From assembly GCA_044338665.1 (NCBI GenBank), contig JBIIWZ010000010.1, positions 4,447-68,446 of the forward strand: a stretch of 64,000 nucleotides of DNA, written 5' to 3'. Positions 58,257-64,000 of this stretch are shown in pieces; within the stretch, counting starts at the first letter, position 1, and the number at the start of each line of letters is the position of its first letter. The DNA comes from Flavobacteriales bacterium. Its GTDB lineage: Bacteria; Bacteroidota; Bacteroidia; Flavobacteriales_D; Sanyastnellaceae. The notes under the pieces were generated by a model. The model ran no database searches. It was given only the letters and a program-made list of their open reading frames with translations, and was not told the DNA's origin. The position numbers were made by a program, and so were the translations under genes.

Positions 58257-58868
58257 ATGAAAAAGACATTACTCGGATTACTTTTTACTCTACTCGTTTC
58301 ATCAGTATTATTTGCGCAAGACAGCGAAATACAAAACGGTGATCTCATTTTTCAGACTTCACTTTCAGAACAGAGTAAGGCCATTCAGCTGGCAACAAAA
58401 TCTGAATATTCACACTGCGGGATTATATTTAATGAAGGCAACGACTATTATGTTTTTGAAGCCATTCAACCCGTAAAGCGCACACCCCTCGACAAATGGA
58501 TCGCTCGAGGTAAAAATGGTGAATACGCTATCAAGCGACTTAAAAACGCAGCACAAGTTTTAACTCCAACGACAATAGCAAAAATGAAACAGGTTGGTGA
58601 CGAATTTCGCGGTAAAAATTACGACTTGACTTTCGATTGGAGTGACGATAAAATTTATTGCTCTGAACTAATTTGGAAGATCTATCAGCGTGCAACAGGA
58701 ATTGAAATAGGCAAACTTGAAAAATTGAGCGACTTCGATTTGACCAGCGATGCGGTGAAGAAAAAAATGAACGAACGTTATGGCAATAAAATTCCTCTAA
58801 ACGAAATAGTCATTTCTCCTGCTTCCATTTTTAACAGCGAATTGCTCGTTACGGTAAAATCGAATTGA
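58257..58868 (+). CDS. secreted YiiX/YaeF-like permuted papain-fold (NlpC/P60-related) hydrolase
   Basis: Signal peptide present. GDLIFQ...SEYSHCGIIF...VFEA...YCSELIW follows the pattern of the C92 YiiX family. Confidence 0.6.
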   Translation: MKKTLLGLLFTLLVSSVLFAQDSEIQNGDLIFQTSLSEQSKAIQLATKSEYSHCGIIFNEGNDYYVFEAIQPVKRTPLDKWIARGKNGEYAIKRLKNAAQVLTPTTIAKMKQVGDEFRGKNYDLTFDWSDDKIYCSELIWKIYQRATGIEIGKLEKLSDFDLTSDAVKKKMNERYGNKIPLNEIVISPASIFNSELLVTVKSN

Positions 58869-58869
58869 A

Positions 58870-58917
58870 GGATTTAGGTTGAAATGAAATGGGGATTGAA
58901 GTTTTTGACGAATTTGG
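58870..58917 (+). repeat. orphan fragment of the leader-module 3-prime block
   Basis: ggatttaggttgaaatgaaatggggattgaagtttttgacgaatttgg compared with module A tctagggtgaaatgaattagggattgaagtactttt. No ORF follows it. Confidence 0.55.
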
Positions 58918-59274
58918 TGTTCCCTTAAATTCTTGGATTGCAAAACCAGAATAAAATCAAATGAAAAAATTTGGGGAAAAGCAAAACTAAAAATGGTAGG
59001 ACAAACCACGACAAAAGCACAACACAATGAAGGACCTACCCGAAACGTAATTCGACCACTACATCCGAGATCCCACGTAAACGACGTAAGTAATTCAGGC
59101 GATTTTCGTTTTACGGCGTAAAACGACGTTCAACGGCGTAAAAAAATGAAACGTTTCGATTTTTATAGGCATCTAGTCAGATAGCGCGAATTTCACCTTG
59201 TACGCTTTCGGCTATTTCGATTAATAAGAAAACTATTTTGAAAAATGCTAATCCTATTGATTACGATAATTGTT

Positions 59275-59351
59275 CTTGCCCCATTCTTTCCAATTTACCA
59301 GATACCACAAGCCGAGACAATGACTTTCGAATTGCCGTTGAAGCGCGCAAT
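59275..59351 (-). pseudogene. remnant of an abiEi antitoxin gene (about 27 codons)
   Basis: 71/77 nt identical (hand alignment) to 62595-62671 inside the intact abiEi. Encodes LRASTAIRKSLSRLVVSGKLERMGQEQLS-stop. Confidence 0.7.
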
Positions 59352-59354
59352 ACG

Positions 59355-60842
59355 TTAATTAAAGCGTGGTGAAATTTTCAAAATGCCATCTGAATCTTCC
59401 ATAAATGCTTTGCATGAAGTTAAATACTCTTGCATATTCTCCATGCTTTCATCATATACATTGGCACTGAACTGATGTGCTCTTTGGAGCATTTTAATGT
59501 AGGTGTCGCACTTTCCCTGCTTCGTGAATTTCTTCAATGCTCCCATATAGTCTTCACGGTAAACGGTTGGAATGATAATTTTCGATTGCTCGGCTTTTAC
59601 CAATTCGGCATTCATCATCACACGCGCTATACGACCGTTGCCATCCAAGAAAGGATGCACCTCACTCATCACAAACATTATATAGGCAGCTTTTGCGAAA
59701 GGATGATCCAAGGCTGAATAAAATCCAAAGCTCTGTTCCAATGTTCCCCTCACCAAATTAAAATCCACAAAGGCTGTACTTCCAGCAAAATTATTCTTGT
59801 CCTTAAAAAGACCTGGATTTTTATCTACCCTAGCACGGAGCAATATCGAATGTCGTAACGATATTATTTTCAAAAACTCCTCTGGCGATGAAGGTGTAAC
59901 CTCCATTTCCTTTTTATTTGATACAATCTGATATGTACCCAACACATCATGACTATCATCGTTTCTTGCAGGAATTGGCTTATTGGATTGAATGATTTGT
60001 TTTGCTTCTTCAATTTCAAAAACAGTTCCCTCAATGTAATTTGAAAAATAGCTTTCAAAAAAAGCGAAGTTCCGGAATGATGTAGGTGTTGTATTTTTCT
60101 CTTCCCTGAACGGGAATTCTGTTTGCTTTAATTCACGAAACAACGTTTCAAATAATTCTAGCCTTGCAGGATCATAAGGCTTTCCAAATGCCCTCGCTTT
60201 TGCCAAAGGAGAACTAAGAATTTTAGATGTTTTCGTTGTCAGCAATGCGCTAATCAAACGATTTAATCTTTCAAATTCTTCAGGCATCTCCAACTTATCG
60301 GCAAGGTCTCTAGCTCGATCTCTCAACTTGTTGATTTCAACCTCGCCATTCACTCGTATTATTTGCTCTAAACGCTCCTCTATTTCGGGTAAACTCAAAC
60401 ACTTTGATTCACTACCTAATTTCCTGGATGCTTGCAAATTTTCCAGAAAAGCACGTGCTTTCTGAGAAGCGTGCAATTCACCAGAAAATTTATTGTCCCC
60501 TTCTATCGGTGAAGGGCCATTGAGAAATTGGATAGTAATTCCAGGAAGTTTTACTTTTTTAGTGTAGCTCGTAGTTAAAAATATCTTCCCCGTTTTAGTT
60601 GGCTGAAATTCAAAAGCAGAGCGATGGCTAAGCATTGTTCCTGGGTAGAGCGTTCCTAAAATATGAAAGAGATTTCTTCGGATAATGCCTTCAATTGGTT
60701 CTTCTAAATTTGAAGAATACACCCTTGGTGCAATTTTTCTAATGACCCCAGCCGATAACAATTTTGTTATTTGTTTAGAAATCTTAGAATCCTGCGAACT
60801 GCAGATTACCTCTTGCAAGTGAATTGGGCGATTTTTTTCCAT
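59355..60842 (-). CDS. Fic family protein with an AbiEi-like N-terminal winged-helix module
   Basis: Fic motif HPFLDGNGRIARVMMN. N-terminal ISKQITKLLSAGVIRKIAPRVYSS ... KIFLTTSYTKKVKLPGITIQFLNG parallels AbiEi IRKSLSRIVVSGKLERMGQGIYVV ... KLVYLTSGHSKRIQIGKSAIVFKS. Confidence 0.8.
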   Translation of the reverse strand: MEKNRPIHLQEVICSSQDSKISKQITKLLSAGVIRKIAPRVYSSNLEEPIEGIIRRNLFHILGTLYPGTMLSHRSAFEFQPTKTGKIFLTTSYTKKVKLPGITIQFLNGPSPIEGDNKFSGELHASQKARAFLENLQASRKLGSESKCLSLPEIEERLEQIIRVNGEVEINKLRDRARDLADKLEMPEEFERLNRLISALLTTKTSKILSSPLAKARAFGKPYDPARLELFETLFRELKQTEFPFREEKNTTPTSFRNFAFFESYFSNYIEGTVFEIEEAKQIIQSNKPIPARNDDSHDVLGTYQIVSNKKEMEVTPSSPEEFLKIISLRHSILLRARVDKNPGLFKDKNNFAGSTAFVDFNLVRGTLEQSFGFYSALDHPFAKAAYIMFVMSEVHPFLDGNGRIARVMMNAELVKAEQSKIIIPTVYREDYMGALKKFTKQGKCDTYIKMLQRAHQFSANVYDESMENMQEYLTSCKAFMEDSDGILKISPRFN

Positions 60843-60974
60843 TATTCATCAGATCTGACACAAGATTAGCTAAATTTTTCCACTATAAAGCCATTTTGGG
60901 AAAATATTTTCCAGTAAGAAGATTGCGTTAATTAGTAGGTTTCTCAAAATATTAGCAACCCATAAAGGTGAATT

Positions 60975-61044
60975 GGGATTCGAATCTTTACTAAAAACCT
61001 TGTGTTTCCATGTGTTTCAGAAGACCCTTAATCCTTGACGCTCC
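60975..61044 (+). repeat. island-bounding direct repeat, copy 2 (att-like)
   Basis: gggattcgaatctttactaaaaaccttgtgtttccatgtgtttcagaagacccttaatccttgacgctcc. It matches copy 1 at 63/70 positions. It has no acceptor/CCA sequence to its left. Confidence 0.8.
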
Positions 61045-61130
61045 AAAGAAATACTCTGCTACGATTTCGCCAATCCCTGGTAATTAAAAAATCCCGTTTC
61101 GAGCGAATATGTGAGGACCGAAGATTGAGG

Positions 61131-62162
61131 TTATTCCTTTCCGTTGAACTTATCCTCGAGCAGTTTTGCAGCTAGCATAATCTCCTCGAATGTTGGTGCA
61201 TTACCATAGATCATCTCTGAACGCATAACTTCATAGTCATTCTTCAGTGCGTGAAGAATTTCATTATCCGGCACAATTGAAATGCTTCCGGGAATCAACG
61301 AGGTGTAATCGAAACGTTTCAATCTTGAATAAAACTTTCGATGCTCAATTACTTCGTTGATAAAAATTTCGTTGTTCATTGTGTCGGATGAAAAATCTTG
61401 TCTTCCCAAATGAAACAAATCGTAATAATGTCTAGACATACGTTCTGTTCGCATCTTATCTCGCTCATCGCGATTGTACTCTTCGTGTAGCAATAAAATC
61501 TTTTCCACCAGTGTTCTTTGCGGATGAATGGTAAGTACTTCAACGTCTTCTTCAACGTAGTTCGAATTCGGGAAATATGTGACCAAAAGAGATTTCATAC
61601 TTCGCATAACACTCGGTTCTCTCATCGAACGAACACTGAATTCTATTTTCACACTGTCTCGCAGATAGGGATTCGGATCGAATAACGAAATGAAATTCAC
61701 ATAAATACTCTGCGGATCGGTATCGGGCATATCCGCTCGCACCGGCTCCGCCTCTATCGAGTACAAATTTTCGGGAACTTGTGATTCAACAAATTTAGAT
61801 TTTAATGCCTCTAGCAGCTGATTTGAAGTAAACGCACATCCTGCTCTTCGCAATTGTTCAACATAGTTTTTAGTAGGTGTTTGCTTATACGTCATTCCAA
61901 CTGCTTCGGAGCTTAGCGATATATCAATATCTTCAGAAAAACGATCAATTAAATGCCAGCCTTTACTCAATGAAGTCCCCCCCTTAAAGGCGAAATAATT
62001 GGCATACTTCGTTTCGAACAATAGCTTTATTGAAAGTGTGACCCACCAATCTTTTTCAATTGCCTTTGCCGGTATTCCTGAAATTCGAGACGCTTCGTTT
62101 ATTGACGCCAATCGTGAAGCATCGCTTAAGTTCTTTAACCAACCAATCATTCTACCTGGCAT
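61131..62162 (-). CDS. AbiEii/AbiGii family nucleotidyltransferase toxin
   Basis: AIEKDWWVT and FKGGTSLSKGW..IDRFSEDIDI motifs. Overlaps abiEi by 11 nt. Confidence 0.85.
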   Translation of the reverse strand: MPGRMIGWLKNLSDASRLASINEASRISGIPAKAIEKDWWVTLSIKLLFETKYANYFAFKGGTSLSKGWHLIDRFSEDIDISLSSEAVGMTYKQTPTKNYVEQLRRAGCAFTSNQLLEALKSKFVESQVPENLYSIEAEPVRADMPDTDPQSIYVNFISLFDPNPYLRDSVKIEFSVRSMREPSVMRSMKSLLVTYFPNSNYVEEDVEVLTIHPQRTLVEKILLLHEEYNRDERDKMRTERMSRHYYDLFHLGRQDFSSDTMNNEIFINEVIEHRKFYSRLKRFDYTSLIPGSISIVPDNEILHALKNDYEVMRSEMIYGNAPTFEEIMLAAKLLEDKFNGKE

Positions 62163-62757
62163 TTAAGATTTTTACAATGAAGTCACTCACCTTCGTTTGA
62201 GTTAGTCGTAAATCATGCTTCAAATTTTCTGGACTCTCTTTCTTCAATAACTGAATTATTCTATCCCTCTGCCCGACCGACAACTTCTCTAAATCTAATT
62301 CCTCCAAAGCCAAAAACAACAAACTTGTTATGTCACCTTTCATGGAAAGCCTTTTGGCTGTTGTTGACTTAAAAACTATAGCGCTTTTTCCAATCTGAAT
62401 TCTCTTTGAATGACCACTAGTTAGATACACTAGCTTCATTGGAACTTGGGTAGATAGACCAACTTTGTTCAATGCATATTGCCCAGAAGGTTTTATTTTA
62501 ACGTGCTCCTTCCGCGATAGCACTTCCGCCAATTCTTCTAAAGAAGGCAACACTTTACCGAAAACCCTATCAACTTTAGGCACCACATATATCCCTTGCC
62601 CCATTCTTTCCAATTTACCGGATACCACAATTCTAGACAATGACTTTCGAATTGCCGTTGAAGCGCCCATTGCCTTAAAATCAGAAGGTAAAAAGACACT
62701 CCCAGGCTTTGCCTTCCTGATTTTCAATTCAATAATTTGATTAACCGACTCTTTCAT
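62152..62757 (-). CDS. type IV toxin-antitoxin system AbiEi family antitoxin
   Basis: N-terminal wHTH IRKSLSRIVVSGKLERMGQGIYVVP. Operon position is upstream of abiEii. Confidence 0.8.
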   Translation of the reverse strand: MKESVNQIIELKIRKAKPGSVFLPSDFKAMGASTAIRKSLSRIVVSGKLERMGQGIYVVPKVDRVFGKVLPSLEELAEVLSRKEHVKIKPSGQYALNKVGLSTQVPMKLVYLTSGHSKRIQIGKSAIVFKSTTAKRLSMKGDITSLLFLALEELDLEKLSVGQRDRIIQLLKKESPENLKHDLRLTQTKVSDFIVKILNAR

Positions 62758-62982
62758 GTCACAAATATATAAAAAATTGTGACATACTACTGACTTAAAA
62801 TTAAGGGTGTTTTTTGATTAAAACATCTGTTGACGAGATGAATAGCTTAGCATTAAACATAAAAGCTCCTCCACTAGAAATTATTCTTGAAACTAGCTCC
62901 TGCTCTTACAATCGTGCTCCAACAAACTGATTTTCTCGTAACAAAATAGCCCTACAAATTGTTACGAAAAATCGCCCTGTAT

Positions 62983-63453
62983 TTAAGGGCCATATCGCCC
63001 TTTCCTCTTAATTCGTTTATTGGAAACCTCTTCTTTCATTCTGCGAAAAATGCGTTTACCACTTCTTGTGTATTCGGTTATTTCAACTAAGTCCGTATCG
63101 TTTTGCTTCAGAATAGAATAACAATATTTGAAAAGCACAAATACGGTTTTGTCCATTCGGGTATCAACTCTTGTATGCAAATCTTGACGGAAACCATCGG
63201 ACACCAATTCTTTCATTTCGTAAAAAACACTTCTTCCGGCCGACCTCCTGAAATAATTACCCAAGATCTTTTCGTTCCGTTCCAATTGATTTTGAATCTT
63301 CCGAACTTCATTGCCTTTCAATTTCCGTGTGGTGTTGTTGTAATGAAAATCTGAATGCTGCTTGTTCAAGTAAATTTGATTCGAACGATTGGGTTGAAAA
63401 AAGTACCCACATCCACAAGGACATTGGCGACTCTGCAGTGGATGTGGATTCAT
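62983..63453 (-). CDS. hypothetical Zn-ribbon protein of integrative elements
   Basis: CPCGCGYFFQPNRSNQIYLNKQHSDFHYNN. 4-nt overlap with the upstream HTH gene. Confidence 0.55.
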   Translation of the reverse strand: MNPHPLQSRQCPCGCGYFFQPNRSNQIYLNKQHSDFHYNNTTRKLKGNEVRKIQNQLERNEKILGNYFRRSAGRSVFYEMKELVSDGFRQDLHTRVDTRMDKTVFVLFKYCYSILKQNDTDLVEITEYTRSGKRIFRRMKEEVSNKRIKRKGRYGP

Positions 63454-63677
63454 GCTGATTTGTCATTCGTTTTCGTAAATCGGGACATCAAATGCATTGC
63501 GCTATTTTGAATCGCTTCGTCGATTTGTTCTATGTTGAACAAAATTTTTCCACCCAATCTATGGGATATGAATAGTCCCTTCTTGACATAATTTTCAATC
63601 GAGCGAAGAGAGATGGGGAGGTAACGAGTCAAGTCTTTTTTCGTTAGCCATTTGCTTTGGTTTTGGTATTCAGTCAT
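63450..63677 (-). CDS. excisionase-like helix-turn-helix DNA-binding protein
   Basis: Trimmed to MTEYQNQSKWLTKKDLTRYLPISLRSIENYVKKGLFISHRLGGKILF (HTH_17/MerR-like excisionase pattern). Confidence 0.7.
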   Translation of the reverse strand: MTEYQNQSKWLTKKDLTRYLPISLRSIENYVKKGLFISHRLGGKILFNIEQIDEAIQNSAMHLMSRFTKTNDKSA

Positions 63678-63759
63678 ATAATCTGTTTTCGCAAATTTTC
63701 CGAAAAAACCGTTCAATAAACGAATAAACAGCCCTGCACTTACGCAACTTCTAGGCAAC

Positions 63760-63999
63760 CCTATTTACCATTTAAAGCACTCAGTCTACTCTGAAGTTTC
63801 TGCATATCTTCTTCCAATTTTTTATCGACCATCTTCGCATAATGTTGCGTAGTAGCAATGCGTTTATGCCCCAGCATAGACGACACACTTTCAATGGGAA
63901 CACCGTTGGTTAACAAAACCGTTGTCGCAAATGAGTGGCGAGCTAAATGGAAATGCAGGCTCTTCGTTATTCCACAATGAAGCGCAATGATCTTCAGGT
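63760..63999 (-). CDS. tyrosine-type site-specific integrase, C-terminal part (N-terminus lies beyond the window)
   Basis: Hand translation: ...HFHLARHSFATTVLLTNGVPIESVSSMLGHKRIATTQHYAKMVDKKLEEDMQKLQSRLSALNGK-stop. It shows the catalytic R, H and Y context typical of Bacteroidota integrases. Not in the ORF track because it is truncated. Confidence 0.85.
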
Positions 64000-64000
64000 A

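Larger units (their letters stand above)
28592..61044. mobile_element. putative genomic island (~32.4 kb) integrated at a tRNA-Ser-like 3-prime end; no integrase lies between the repeats
   Basis: Bounded by 70-bp direct repeats. It looks lower in GC by eye, lacks the backbone repeat family, has private repeat families, and its cargo is mostly unassignable secreted or membrane ORFs. Confidence 0.5.
61045..63999. mobile_element. integrase-associated module (AbiE toxin-antitoxin, Zn-ribbon protein, excisionase-like HTH, tyrosine integrase); continues past the window edge
   Basis: Gene content as listed, with the att-like repeat at its left edge. Confidence 0.55.

Noticed and set aside
28756-58868. 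A complete toxin-immunity or T6SS effector locus.
   Set aside because: No Rhs/YD, PAAR, VgrG, Hcp or large modular toxin ORF is present. Only putative immunity-like and exported proteins are seen, hence the orphan-immunity hypothesis rather than a full system.
28592-61044. Prophage, ICE or conjugative transposon interpretation of the island.
   Set aside because: No capsid, terminase, portal or tail genes are recognisable between the repeats. Nor are any tra/T4SS, relaxase or replication genes.

Overview
Bacteroidota-type chromosome segment, judged from T9SS C-terminal sorting domains, TAnnTTTG-type -7 boxes and the gene content. All calls come from reading the sequence and the ORF track by hand; no searches were run.

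(1) Backbone, 1 to ~28.55 kb. Housekeeping genes: pgk, efp, fabH, rpmF, a yceD-like DUF177 gene, accB, accC, lepA, dxs, tdk, alaS and acs. Also present are an M43 T9SS metalloprotease, a TonB-dependent receptor, an M23 peptidase, an alpha/beta hydrolase and a MerR / TIGR03643 / cryptochrome-photolyase cluster. Backbone intergenic regions carry a dispersed family of AAGGT/ACCTT-periodic hairpin repeats built around the core CGCTTCGCGTAGCG. A 60-nt copy sits in frame inside acs. Two inverted copies bracket a four-helix-bundle (23S rRNA IVS protein / Avd-like) gene.

(2) Island, ~28.58 to ~61.04 kb. This ~32-kb stretch looks more AT-rich by eye (not computed). It is bounded by 70-bp imperfect direct repeats, and the left repeat begins inside a tRNA-Ser-like 3-prime fragment. 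It carries about 40 mostly small secreted, lipoprotein or membrane ORFs in five strand-coherent blocks. Two of them match polymorphic-toxin immunity families from memory (NTF2-fold and Imm27-like). Other cargo: a TIMP-like CxC protein, M48-like and PrsW-like membrane proteases, a YiiX-like amidase, and a 7TM / intramembrane histidine kinase / LuxR-type response regulator unit. The island has its own repeat families: 240-330-bp leader modules with a perfect 20-22-bp palindrome AAAAAACTGCGCAGTTTTTT, GAATG-periodic arrays, and a cassette-associated 3-prime repeat. No toxin, phage or conjugation genes are visible. My best hypothesis is a mobile or ex-mobile orphan-immunity (acquired interbacterial defence-like) island with a resident regulator. 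It ends with an AbiEi-like::Fic fusion gene and an abiEi remnant.

(3) Integrative module, 61.05 kb to the window end. AbiEii/AbiEi, a Zn-ribbon protein, an excisionase-like HTH protein and a truncated tyrosine integrase.
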